Positions 1 to 14,452 of a stretch of 64,000 nt of DNA are shown here, piece by piece; within the stretch, counting starts at the first letter, position 1; each line of letters begins with the position of its first letter. A model generated the notes under the pieces. The model searched no databases and was not told where the DNA came from. It worked only from the letters and a program-made list of their open reading frames with translations. This stretch comes from Alphaproteobacteria bacterium (GTDB lineage Bacteria; Pseudomonadota; Alphaproteobacteria; UBA828), in assembly GCA_965220745.1 (NCBI GenBank), contig CBDCQT010000011.1, positions 512,001 through 576,000 on the forward strand, written 5' to 3'. Position numbers and translations under genes: made by a program.

Positions 1-1
1 C

Positions 2-142
2 GTCTCGGGCCGCACCAAGGTCTACGAGTCGATCGTGCGCGGCGACGAGAACTTCGAAGTCGGAATCCCTGAATCGTTCAACGTCCTGGTCAAGGAGATG
101 CAGTCCCTCGGCCTCGATATCGATCTCAGGACAACGAGCTGA
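2..142 (+). CDS. rpoB: RNA polymerase beta subunit, C-terminal end (partial)
   Basis: Frame from base 2 reads [46 protein letters not shown], the conserved RpoB C-terminus; directly upstream of rpoC. Confidence 0.97.
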   Translation, partial: VSGRTKVYESIVRGDENFEVGIPESFNVLVKEMQSLGLDIDLRTTS

Positions 143-4435
<4,293 letters not shown>

Positions 4436-4464
4436 GCGCGCAAGCGCATAGGGGCGAACGCAGA

Positions 4465-4893
4465 ATGGCCGCGCGGGGCCGCCGCCTCGTCGCTGCGGCG
4501 ACTCTCGCGGCCCTTGCGTTCGTCGCCGCGCCCACGCTCGGGGCCAACGCAGCGGCCTGCCCGTCCGGCACCGAGCTATTCGCCGAATACAGGCTCTTCT
4601 TCGGGCGCAGCCAGGGCGAGGTTGAGGTGGTGAACGAGGAGGCCTGGCGCGCCTTCCTCGCCGAGGAGGTGACGCCGCGCTTTCCGGACGGCCTTACCGT
4701 GCTTGATGCTGCGGGGCAGTGGCGCGAGGGCTCGGGCATGATCATGCGAGAGCGCACCAAGCTCTTGCTCGTCCTTGCTCCGCCGGGCGCGGACGCCATG
4801 CAGCGCACGGATGAAATCGCAGACGCTTACAGGCGCGCCTTCAGCCAATCCAGCGTGCTCCGCGTGGTGACCGAGGCCTGCGTATCGTTCTAA
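4465..4893 (+). CDS. DUF3574 family exported protein
   Basis: Signal peptide; LFFGRS...WRAFLAEEVTPRFPDGLTVLDAAGQWR...FSQSSVLRV..CVSF signature. Confidence 0.85.
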   Translation: MAARGRRLVAAATLAALAFVAAPTLGANAAACPSGTELFAEYRLFFGRSQGEVEVVNEEAWRAFLAEEVTPRFPDGLTVLDAAGQWREGSGMIMRERTKLLLVLAPPGADAMQRTDEIADAYRRAFSQSSVLRVVTEACVSF

Positions 4894-5012
4894 CCGAGCC
4901 GGCAAACGACGGTTTTGGGCCGTCTGCGAACGTACAAGCGGCGGCCGTCGCCTCATCGTTGGTGAGGGGTCTCCTTAAATCTTCGGGCTCAAGCCTAAGC
5001 AGCTGCCGCGGG

Positions 5013-5681
5013 CTATTCCTCTGCGTCCCCGATAGGCGCCTCGATACGTGCCCGGATGTCGCGCAACAGACCGTCGATGCCTTTGCGGTTGATGACCGAA
5101 CTGAACTCAACCCGGTGGGTGAGCAGCATGCTGATGCCCTCGACGTAGAGGTCCACGACCTTGTGGTTCCCCTCCCTCGTGCGTACGCGGAAATCGAGCT
5201 CGACGGGATCGGCGCCGGAGGGCCGGGCGACCCGAGCGCGCACGATCGTGTCGCCGCTCTCGTCGGCGATGGCGGAGCGCACCGTGAACTGTTCGCCCCC
5301 GTAGGAATAGGAATCGAACCGGCTCGCGTACACGCGTGCGAGGAAGTCGAGAAAGATCGCTGAGAATTCCGCGCGCTGCTCATCGGTTGCCGACTTCCAG
5401 TGCCTCCCGATCACGAAGCGGGTGACGAGCGGAACGTCGAAGCCCCGGACCATCACGTCACGGAACGCGGCTTCGCGCTCCGCAAACGTGCTGTTGTCCT
5501 TGTTCCCGAGGATGGCCACGACGTCGTCGCCGACACCCTGGACGAACGCGATCGCCGGGTCGTCGGATGCGGCCACTCGCTGTCCTCCAACTGCAACCAC
5601 GAGGGCGGCAATCAGGGCGGCAACCAACAAGGTGCAGCGAGACAGGCGACTGAGTCTCTTCGGGTCCGATGTCGTCAACAT
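5013..5681 (-). CDS. MlaC/Ttg2D family periplasmic lipid-binding protein
   Basis: Signal peptide; FDVPLVTRFVIGRHWKSATDEQRAEF and KVVDLYVEGISMLLTHRVEFSSVI motifs; start chosen at ATG 5681. Confidence 0.88.
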   Translation of the reverse strand: MLTTSDPKRLSRLSRCTLLVAALIAALVVAVGGQRVAASDDPAIAFVQGVGDDVVAILGNKDNSTFAEREAAFRDVMVRGFDVPLVTRFVIGRHWKSATDEQRAEFSAIFLDFLARVYASRFDSYSYGGEQFTVRSAIADESGDTIVRARVARPSGADPVELDFRVRTREGNHKVVDLYVEGISMLLTHRVEFSSVINRKGIDGLLRDIRARIEAPIGDAEE

Positions 5682-5911
5682 TGCTGGCGTCCAATCCCGA
5701 TAAACGAGTGGAGAGTGCCGAAGCCTCGTAGATATCACAAAAGCGATCTCAAGGAGGACCCGACCGCATCCGGCAAGGCAATTGGGATTGCTGCTGTCCA
5801 GCGAAGACGCGACAGACCTCTCCGGCCGGTCGGCGTTCTCGTGCTAATTCTAGTTTCTGCACTGCCAACCGAGCATTTTGGATCGACAAGTCCGGTCGGT
5901 TTGGACTGCAG

Positions 5912-7012
5912 CTAATTGCGGCCATGTTCGTCGTCGGGTGGATAGAATTGTCTGCAATAGCGCCGATATCTGCCGATGGGGCCGTCGGAGCGGCACAAAC
6001 GGGGATGAGGCCGGTAGCTCTTTCGGCTCCAGATCTCGACATCCTGGAGAACATCATGCTCCTGCACAGAAATCAGAATCTTGTTCATGATCCTGGTGCG
6101 CAGCTTCACAGGCAAGAATCCGAGGCCAGAAATCAGGCGCTTGGGCTTTCGTATTTCCCGGGTCTGTCCGACCAGAACCAGATCAATCAACGTGCCGTCG
6201 ATCGGCGTCGCCAAAACCCACAGGCGAGTGTCCATGCCGATGGTGCGCTCGTGGATATCGACAAACGAATAACCCAGCCCATGAACGTAGGCGGTGGCGG
6301 AAACGTCGTAAGTGAGGTCGGCGACTCCGGCGATGCGCTGGCGACGTTTGAAGTCGAAACGACTCACGAGGCACGAGCCGTCCACCGTCGCCGTTCCGAC
6401 GGCTTTCACGTTGTCGTAGCCATGTACATAACGCAAATGACCCAAGTCTACTGAGTTTTCCGACGTCTCCTGCGGGTGACCGGGAAATCGGAGAGTCCGG
6501 ATTTCCAGGTTGCTCCACTTACCTGCAGTCGATGGCTCTTCAGGAAGGCTCCATTGCGGCGGGCGTCTATCGATACCCCACCATGCAAAGACGAGGCCAA
6601 GAATTTCCCGCGTGTGGAAGACGTTCAGCCTCGCGGTCTTGGGCGGCTCGGAAAAAGGCGTTGCAACACAGTTGCCGGCGACATCGTAGGTGAAGCCGTG
6701 AAAGGGACAGACCAGATGGCCGTCGCGCACGCGTCCGCCCGCTTCAGGGCCCAAGGAGGAGCCCAGGTGCGGACACACCGACTCGGCAACGCAAATGGTC
6801 CCCTCATCGTCGGACCAAGCGACAATATTCGTTCCGAGCCACTGCCTTTGGATTAATATCTGCTTCAATATGGAGTAGCGGTCCGCGACGAAATACCATC
6901 CCTCCGGAAACGGGTGGAGAGAGAGAACATCGCGGCCCACGCCGAAAAGGTCTTCCACGTTTTGTGGAGTTTTCTGTCTAGGCTGAGGCTGCTGCATAGC
7001 AAAGTCAGTCAA
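5912..7012 (-). CDS. Rieske 2Fe-2S oxygenase, KshA/cholesterol 7-desaturase (Neverland)-like
   Basis: CPHLG..CPFHG Rieske ligands; ENSVDLGHLRYVH mononuclear Fe motif; C-terminal DVEIWSRKSY..DGPIGRYRRYCRQFY typical of this family. Confidence 0.85.
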   Translation of the reverse strand: MTDFAMQQPQPRQKTPQNVEDLFGVGRDVLSLHPFPEGWYFVADRYSILKQILIQRQWLGTNIVAWSDDEGTICVAESVCPHLGSSLGPEAGGRVRDGHLVCPFHGFTYDVAGNCVATPFSEPPKTARLNVFHTREILGLVFAWWGIDRRPPQWSLPEEPSTAGKWSNLEIRTLRFPGHPQETSENSVDLGHLRYVHGYDNVKAVGTATVDGSCLVSRFDFKRRQRIAGVADLTYDVSATAYVHGLGYSFVDIHERTIGMDTRLWVLATPIDGTLIDLVLVGQTREIRKPKRLISGLGFLPVKLRTRIMNKILISVQEHDVLQDVEIWSRKSYRPHPRLCRSDGPIGRYRRYCRQFYPPDDEHGRN

Positions 7013-7191
7013 TCAAGAGCGCACGGCGTGCTATGTTCTTGGAGGTACAATACCCCTATCTGCGTCGCGCCCAATCATCGTGAGTGCGCAGCGCGCTGTT
7101 ATCGACAGCGAGCGTCTCGCTCGGTCCATACCATAAACCATTCCTAAGTTAAGGCCATTCTCCAGGGCACCCGAGCGACGAGAGTTGCGGG

Positions 7192-7710
7192 CTAGTAGTC
7201 TGCGCGGTCGTCTACTGCGTGGCCGCGCTTCGGCACCAGCACCGTGCGCTCGTAAGTCATGAAGACGGTGCCGTCGGATTTCTTACCGGTCGTCTTGACC
7301 GTGACGATGCCCTGGGTCGGGCGCGAACGCGACTCCCGCGTCTCCAGCACCTCTGATTCGGCATAGATCGTATCGCCAGCATAGACCGGCGCGGTGAGCC
7401 TAATGTCGTTCCAGCCGAGGTTGGCGATCGCCTTCTGACTGATGTCGCTCACCGACATGCCGGCGACGATCGCCAGCGTGAGCGCGCTGTTGACCAGCGG
7501 CTTGCCGAATTCGCTGTGCGAGGCGTAGTGGCTGTCGAAGTGAATCGGGTGGGTGTTCATGGTGAGCAGGGTGAAGGAGATGTTGTCGTACTCGGTGAGC
7601 GTCCGGCCCGGCCGGTGCTCGTAGACGTCGCCCACCACGAAGTCCTCGAAGTAGCGCCCGTAGGCTTCGCGATAGCGCTGCTCGGCCACCTCTTTACGCT
7701 CCACGGCCAT
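7192..7710 (-). CDS. MaoC family (hotdog) dehydratase
   Basis: GRYFEDFVVGD..H..GRTLTEYDN..MNTHPIHFD; PVYAGDTIYAESEV. Confidence 0.9.
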   Translation of the reverse strand: MAVERKEVAEQRYREAYGRYFEDFVVGDVYEHRPGRTLTEYDNISFTLLTMNTHPIHFDSHYASHSEFGKPLVNSALTLAIVAGMSVSDISQKAIANLGWNDIRLTAPVYAGDTIYAESEVLETRESRSRPTQGIVTVKTTGKKSDGTVFMTYERTVLVPKRGHAVDDRADY

Positions 7711-7893
7711 TGCTCGATGCCTCCCAATTTGCCCCATTCTCTCGCCGCCAGCGCGCGGCGGGCCGGACCTTAGGGAGTCGATTGGCAGGGGTCAACGACA
7801 GCCGGGCGGCAGGCTTGCCGCAGAAGCGCCATTGATTATAGTCATGCCACGTTTGGCGGCAGTGTACGCCGTTCACGACAAGGGAGATGGAGA

Positions 7894-9537
7894 ATGAAGG
7901 CTTTGAGAGCCGGTTTAGTCTCGGCAGGTGTGGCGCTCGCCGCACTGACCGCAGCAGATGCGATGGCGCAAGACGGGCACGTCGCGTGGCACGACGACGG
8001 GTCTGTCGACCTCATCATGGAGGATGGCGCTGTTATCAAGACCTCGCGGGATGAGCTGGGCTCCCTGTTCGGGCCTGGTGAGAAACCCTTCGAAGGCACC
8101 ACGATTACGGTGCTGACCCTGGATTCCGGGCCGCGCGGCGGGATCTCGGGGCCCATTTTCAGCTTCCGGCCCATCTGGGAAGAGCTTTCCGGCGGCAAGC
8201 TGGAGATCGCGTTGACCCCGATCACCGACCTCTACGCGAAGATGATGCTCGACCTGCGCCAGGGCACCGGCCTCTATGACGGGATCATTGTCGGCGCCTT
8301 CTTCTACGGCGACCTAGTCGCAGGCGATTACATGCTTCCGATCGAGGAGTACATGGAGAGCGGCGAGCATCCGCAATGGACCTACGATTCCATGCCAGAC
8401 TCGCTGAAGACCCTGCACACCTGGGGGGACACCGGCTACGGCGTGCTCAACGACGCTGACGGCCAGGTGCTCTACTACCGCCGCGACGTGCTCAACGACC
8501 CCGAGCATCAGGCGGCGTTCAAGGCGGAGAAGGGCTACGACATGCCGGTCCCGCCCAAGACCTGGCAGCAGCTCCTCGACATCTCGCAGTATTTCGACGG
8601 CAAGAACTGGGATGCCAACGACGACGAGCCCGATAGCGGCACCGTGCTCCACCTCAAGGTGGGCGAGCAGGGGCACTATCACTTCCAGTCGCTGTCTGCG
8701 TCCTTCGCCATGACGCCAGGTGAGGCAGTCACCCAGTATCACAACGTCTACTGGTTCGACCCCACCGACATGACCCCGCTGATCGACAGCCCCGGTCACG
8801 TCGCGGCGCTCGAGTTCCTGCAAGAGCTGCACAAGACGGGCCCGGAGGCGCAGGTGGGCTGGAGCCTCGGCGAGGCGTGGGACTACTTCCTGCGCGGCAA
8901 GTCGGTGTTCGTGTTCAGCTGGGGCGATGTTGGCTCGCTTTGCCAGGATGAATCGCGGTCCAAGATCAAGGGGATCTGCGGTTCGGCGCTCATGCCCAGC
9001 TCGGACAAGTACTGGGATCATGAGAACGGCAGCTGGGTCGAGACCGATGACCCGCAGCCTGTCGGCAACACCACCGGCGGCTCGTGGCACGGCGTGATCT
9101 CGGCGTTCTCGGAGAACCCGGATGCCGCCTATTCGTTCCTCTCGCTGATGGCGATCAAGCCGTCGTCGAACTGGGGCGCGTATCACGGCTGGACCGGTGT
9201 CGATCCAGGGTATTACTACCAGTTCCTGGAGCCGCTGGGCGAGGCGAAGATCGAGGACTATGTGGCCGCAGGCTGGCATCCCGACGATGTCGCCGAGTAC
9301 ACGCAGGCCTACTACGACAACTTCACCGCGCCGACGATCCTCACCTATCTGCGGATCGAGGGTGCGCCCGAGTACTGGGACATCATGGACAAGAACCTGT
9401 CGGCGGCCATGAGCGACCAGAAGACGGCGGCCGAGGCTCTTTCCGATACCGCAGCGACCTGGGAAGAGATCACGGACCGTCTCGGCCGTGACAAGATTCT
9501 CAAGCAGTATCAGGAAGCGATCGGCTACGGCGGATAG
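7894..9537 (+). CDS. Carbohydrate (CUT1) ABC transporter substrate-binding protein
   Basis: Signal peptide; LYYRRDVL..PPKTWQQL motif; first gene of an SBP-permease-permease-ATPase operon. Confidence 0.9.
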   Translation: MKALRAGLVSAGVALAALTAADAMAQDGHVAWHDDGSVDLIMEDGAVIKTSRDELGSLFGPGEKPFEGTTITVLTLDSGPRGGISGPIFSFRPIWEELSGGKLEIALTPITDLYAKMMLDLRQGTGLYDGIIVGAFFYGDLVAGDYMLPIEEYMESGEHPQWTYDSMPDSLKTLHTWGDTGYGVLNDADGQVLYYRRDVLNDPEHQAAFKAEKGYDMPVPPKTWQQLLDISQYFDGKNWDANDDEPDSGTVLHLKVGEQGHYHFQSLSASFAMTPGEAVTQYHNVYWFDPTDMTPLIDSPGHVAALEFLQELHKTGPEAQVGWSLGEAWDYFLRGKSVFVFSWGDVGSLCQDESRSKIKGICGSALMPSSDKYWDHENGSWVETDDPQPVGNTTGGSWHGVISAFSENPDAAYSFLSLMAIKPSSNWGAYHGWTGVDPGYYYQFLEPLGEAKIEDYVAAGWHPDDVAEYTQAYYDNFTAPTILTYLRIEGAPEYWDIMDKNLSAAMSDQKTAAEALSDTAATWEEITDRLGRDKILKQYQEAIGYGG

Positions 9538-9634
9538 ACCAAGGCCATCAGGTAGGGTTTGCGGGGCGGTGCGCGGCTTGCCGTGCCCGCTCCGGGCCCT
9601 GCCGACTGCCGATCACGAAATTAGCTAGCCGGCC

Positions 9635-10588
9635 ATGATCCGCTGGACCAAGCCGGTCAAGTTCGTCTTTCTACTGCCGGCCGTCTTCTGGGTGCTGGCA
9701 TTCACCGTCTTTCCGCTCGGCTACTCGCTCTACATCAGCCTTCACGATGTCGACCGCAAGGTCGTCGTCACCGGGCGCGAGAAAGTGCCGGTGCTGAACG
9801 AGGCCGGCGAGCCCGTGCTCAAGAAGAGCGGCGAGCCGCGCACCAAGACGGTGGTGCATCGCGAGCTTCAGACCAATTTCACCTGGAACGGCTTCGCCAG
9901 TTTCATCCGCGCCTTCCGCGACGAGGAGGTGGGCTCTGCGGTGAAGGTCACCGCGATCTTCGTGTTCACGGCGGTGACTGCCGAGATTGTGCTGGGATTC
10001 CTGCTCGCCTTCCTCTTCCACCGATACATATTCGGGCGACCCGTGCTGCGAACGATCATGATATTGCCGATCTTCGCGACTCCGATCGCGGTCGGATACC
10101 TATTCTTTACAGTGTTTTACGAGATCGGCGGCCCGCTCGAATTCATGGGCATACCATGGTTATCCCAGCCCGATTGGGCTCTCGTATCAGTGATAATCGT
10201 CGACATATGGCAATGGACACCCTTCTGTTTCCTTGTGTTCCTCGCCGCCTTGCAATCCATCCCGGACGACCTGGTGGAGTGCGCGCGATTAGACAGCGGC
10301 TCGGCATGGGATCTCTGGCGTATCGTCGTGATTCCGATGATGCAGCCGGTCATTATCATCGTGCTGCTGCTGCGCCTGGCGGAGGCGGTCAAGCTCTTCG
10401 ACATCATCGCGACGCTCACCAAGGGCGGGCCTGGCATCGCCACCCAGTCCTACAGCTATCTGGCGTTCACCCGCGGCTTCAAGCTGAACGACTTCGGCTA
10501 CGCCTCGGCCATGGCCTACCTGCTGCTGATCGTGGTGATGATCGTAGTCACGCTCTTCTTCCGTCGCCTGAGGCAAACCTATGCTTAG
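9635..10588 (+). CDS. Carbohydrate ABC transporter permease (MalF/UgpA-like)
   Basis: TM helices; DIWQWTPF..LAALQSIP..ECARLDSG (EAA loop); TKGGPG. Confidence 0.92.
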   Translation: MIRWTKPVKFVFLLPAVFWVLAFTVFPLGYSLYISLHDVDRKVVVTGREKVPVLNEAGEPVLKKSGEPRTKTVVHRELQTNFTWNGFASFIRAFRDEEVGSAVKVTAIFVFTAVTAEIVLGFLLAFLFHRYIFGRPVLRTIMILPIFATPIAVGYLFFTVFYEIGGPLEFMGIPWLSQPDWALVSVIIVDIWQWTPFCFLVFLAALQSIPDDLVECARLDSGSAWDLWRIVVIPMMQPVIIIVLLLRLAEAVKLFDIIATLTKGGPGIATQSYSYLAFTRGFKLNDFGYASAMAYLLLIVVMIVVTLFFRRLRQTYA

Positions 10589-11489
10589 CGGGCTGGGCAA
10601 GTCGCTGTTCGGGCAGCCCGCCGGCGTCCCCCAGGCACGCGGCAAGCGCAAACGGCTCTGGTTCGCCGATGCCGGCTTCTCGATCATTGCGATCTTCGTC
10701 GCGCTGATCTTCTTCTTCCCGATCTACTGGGCGGTCTCCAACAGCCTGCGCGCACCGGCGGACACCTTCACGGTGGCCGGCCTCGGCGTCCCCTTCATCG
10801 ACTTCACGCCGACGCTCGAGAACTGGATCTCCCAGATCTCGACGCCGGAGGCCTACAACGCCTTCGGCAACAGCCTGATCATCTCCGTCTGCTCGGTGTT
10901 GATCGCGCTCGTCCTCGGCCTGCCCGCGGCCTATGCGCTGGCGCGCTTCCGCTTCAAGCGCATCAAGAACAAGGACCTCACGATCTGGTTCCTGTCGCAG
11001 CGGGTGTTGCCGCCGGTAGCGACGGCGGTGCCCTTCTTCATCGTCTTCTCCTCCCTCGACATGCTGGACACCCACGCCGCGCTGATCCTGGTCAACGCCA
11101 CCTTCATCCTGCCCTTCGTGGTGGTGATCGTGCGTCAGACCTTCCAGGACCTGCCGATCGAGCTGGAGGAGGCGGCGCTGGTGGACGGCGGCTCGCATTT
11201 CGTCGCGTTCTTCCGCGTGGCGATCCCGTTAGCACTGCCGGCGATCGCGGCGTCCGCGCTCATCATGTTCGCGTTCGCGTGGAACGAGTATCTCTTCGCG
11301 GTGATTCTCACCATCAAGGAATCGGCGACCATGCCGGTCCACATTGCGGGCGGCGTGGATTCGCGCGGCGTGCAGTTCTGGTTCGTGGCTGTGCGCTCAC
11401 TCATCGCCATGGTCCCGCCGGTGTTGATCGCGCTCTTCGCGCAGCGTTACATCGTGCGCGGGCTCACCCTCGGCGCGGTCAAGGGATAA
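10581..11489 (+). CDS. Carbohydrate ABC transporter permease (MalG/UgpE-like)
   Basis: ELEEAALVDG EAA motif; AWNEYLFA; QRYIVRGLTLGAVKG C-terminus. Confidence 0.93.
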   Translation: MLSGLGKSLFGQPAGVPQARGKRKRLWFADAGFSIIAIFVALIFFFPIYWAVSNSLRAPADTFTVAGLGVPFIDFTPTLENWISQISTPEAYNAFGNSLIISVCSVLIALVLGLPAAYALARFRFKRIKNKDLTIWFLSQRVLPPVATAVPFFIVFSSLDMLDTHAALILVNATFILPFVVVIVRQTFQDLPIELEEAALVDGGSHFVAFFRVAIPLALPAIAASALIMFAFAWNEYLFAVILTIKESATMPVHIAGGVDSRGVQFWFVAVRSLIAMVPPVLIALFAQRYIVRGLTLGAVKG

Positions 11490-11505
11490 GCGGAGAAGAC
11501 AAGCC

Positions 11506-12582
<1,077 letters not shown>

Positions 12583-12600
12583 TAGCCGCCCGTGGCGGCC

Positions 12601-12872
12601 TTAACCCGCATTTCTCACCAGGGTCATGGTCTGCGCGGCGCTGTCCGGCCGACAGGGTAGGAGCGGCGCGCAGCGCGATGCGGGGACATCGGACAAGCGG
12701 CGTGACGCACGCTGTCGGCCGGAGAGAGCCGCCCTTCGGGTCGCGCCCAGGCGCCCGCCCGCGGCGTCGCGGGCCTCAACCGTATTCCCTGATACGCTTT
12801 TCGGCCCGCTCCTGGCGGATCTAACGCCTGGGCGCGACGCAGGCCGTGACCCTGGTGAGAAATGCGGGTTAA
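12601..12872. mobile_element. MITE-like non-autonomous element with ~41-bp terminal inverted repeats
   Basis: Left end TTAACCCGCATTTCTCACCAGGGTCATGGTCTGCGCGGCGC versus reverse complement of the right end TTAACCCGCATTTCTCACCAGGGTCACGGCCTGCGTCGCGC (first 26 nt identical, 37/41 overall); TTAA at both ends; no transposase inside. Confidence 0.8.
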
Positions 12873-13336
12873 TGGTCGTGGTCGCCGCTCCGGACCTCGA
12901 CCGCGACGCCGGTCGTGATGGCGCCCGAACGCTCGAAGGTGAAGGTGACGGGGATGGTTTCCTCCGCCATCAGCATGAACTTGAGGCCGACCAGCATGAC
13001 GTGATGTCCGCCGGGCGCGAGCGCCACCGTACCGCCCGCCGGCACGACGACGCTCTCCACCGCCTCCATGCGGTGGACCCCCTCTTCCATCGTGCTCCGG
13101 TGAAGCTCGACCTTCGTGGCGAGCGGCGTGCTGACGGCGACGAGGCGGTCGTCGGCTGTGCCATTGTTCATAATGTCGAGATAGATCACGCCGTTATGCC
13201 CCTGCGCCGCCGGCCGCGACCAAGGGTGCACGATCGTGATGTCGCCGGTCTTCTCCTCGTGCGCCTGCGCCGGCACCGCCGTGCCGAGAACGGCCAGCAC
13301 GCCGAGCAAAGCAGAAAGAGCCCTGAGCCGGACCAT
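12869..13336 (-). CDS. Copper chaperone PCu(A)C family
   Basis: Signal peptide ending AQA-H; HPWSRPA, DDRLVAVSTP, ELHRSTM..HRM, PGGHHVMLVGL; His-rich tail DHDH; GAGGAG RBS. Confidence 0.92.
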   Translation of the reverse strand: MVRLRALSALLGVLAVLGTAVPAQAHEEKTGDITIVHPWSRPAAQGHNGVIYLDIMNNGTADDRLVAVSTPLATKVELHRSTMEEGVHRMEAVESVVVPAGGTVALAPGGHHVMLVGLKFMLMAEETIPVTFTFERSGAITTGVAVEVRSGDHDH

Positions 13337-13388
13337 CCCGTTTCTCCTCATTCGCCGTGAGGCATTAGACACCCGAAGGCAGCCCCGG

Positions 13389-14402
13389 TCACGGCTCGAC
13401 CATCGGCGCGGCCTCGACATCGGGCACGAGGCCCTGCGCCAGCGTCTCGCCCGGCACCTCGATCCGCTCGGCGGGGATCGCGAGCCGCCAGTCGTGATCG
13501 ACGGGGACTATGCGGGTGAGCCAGTCCTTGCCCAGCGTGGGCTTCCCGATGAGCCGGGCACCGGCGTGGCGGCGGAGCAGCGCCGCCAGCACCTCGGCGC
13601 TGCTCGCCGTGCCGGGGCCGATCAGCACGTCGATCTCGAACTCGCCGATGGCGCGAAGCGGCGCGGGCAGCGCCACATCCCTCGCACCCTCGCGGCCGCG
13701 CAGACGGATCGCGCCCACCATCGGTCCCGTGAAGAGGCTCGCGACCCGTCGCATCCGGTCGAAGTCGCCGCCGGCATTGGCGCGGAGATCGAGCACCAGC
13801 CGCGCCGGTGCTGCGGACGCATGGGCAACCACGGCATCGGCGATCTCGCGATCGGCGGTGCGGCCGAAGCGGTCGAGCACCAGGGCGAGCGCCCCATCGC
13901 TGCGCCGCTCGACCGCACTGACCGAGGGGACCGTGTGGGCGCGCCGGATCGTGTCGGTATCCGGGTGGTTCACCCGGACCAGGCGGACCGCCGGCACGCT
14001 GTCCGCGATGAGCAGCGCGGCGCAGCGAGTGCCCGCCGCCGGGCAGCGCCGCTCGATTTCCGCACCGAGCGCTGCGGGCAGCGCCGCGTGATGCTGGACA
14101 GCGTCGAGCAGGCGGTCGCGCGGCGCGACCGACGACGCCTCGGCAGCGACCGACGCGCCCAGCGCCGCGAGAGCCAGAGTTCCGGCGGCGATGTGGAGAG
14201 AAGCGGCCGTCGCGGTCCCCGCAACTCGTTTCGAACTTACCGGTTCAGAGCGGCCCCAACTGTTCCCACCTCCCCCTGTCCCCCTCCCCCCAAAGGGCGG
14301 AGGGGGGACGAAATGTGCACCGCCCGTTCTCCCTCTCCTCCCCGTTGGGGAGGAGAGGGCCGGGGTGAGGAGGGGAATCCTGGGCCGCACCGCGTGCGAC
14401 AC
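13389..14402 (-). CDS. S41 family (C-terminal processing) peptidase without PDZ domain; 5' end uncertain
   Basis: LVLDLRANAGG, TASSAE (catalytic Ser), TLGK (catalytic Lys), GLVPDVE; N-terminal part runs through a palindromic repeat. Confidence 0.8.
   Translation of the reverse strand: MSHAVRPRIPLLTPALSSPTGRRGRTGGAHFVPPPPFGGRGTGGGGNSWGRSEPVSSKRVAGTATAASLHIAAGTLALAALGASVAAEASSVAPRDRLLDAVQHHAALPAALGAEIERRCPAAGTRCAALLIADSVPAVRLVRVNHPDTDTIRRAHTVPSVSAVERRSDGALALVLDRFGRTADREIADAVVAHASAAPARLVLDLRANAGGDFDRMRRVASLFTGPMVGAIRLRGREGARDVALPAPLRAIGEFEIDVLIGPGTASSAEVLAALLRRHAGARLIGKPTLGKDWLTRIVPVDHDWRLAIPAERIEVPGETLAQGLVPDVEAAPMVEP
14265..14375. repeat. Alphaproteobacterial double-hairpin palindromic repeat (CCCTCTCC...GGAGAGGG type), copy 1
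   Basis: CCCACCTCCCCCTGTCCCCCTCCCCC..GGGCGGAGGGGGGACG and CCCTCTCCTCCCCGTTGGGGAGGAGAGGGCCGGGGTGAGGAGGGG; homologous to 36013-36126. Confidence 0.85.
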
Positions 14403-14452
14403 AAGGACCGTGCGCCAAACGGGTACGACCCCGTTCGCGCGGCTGGTGGTCC

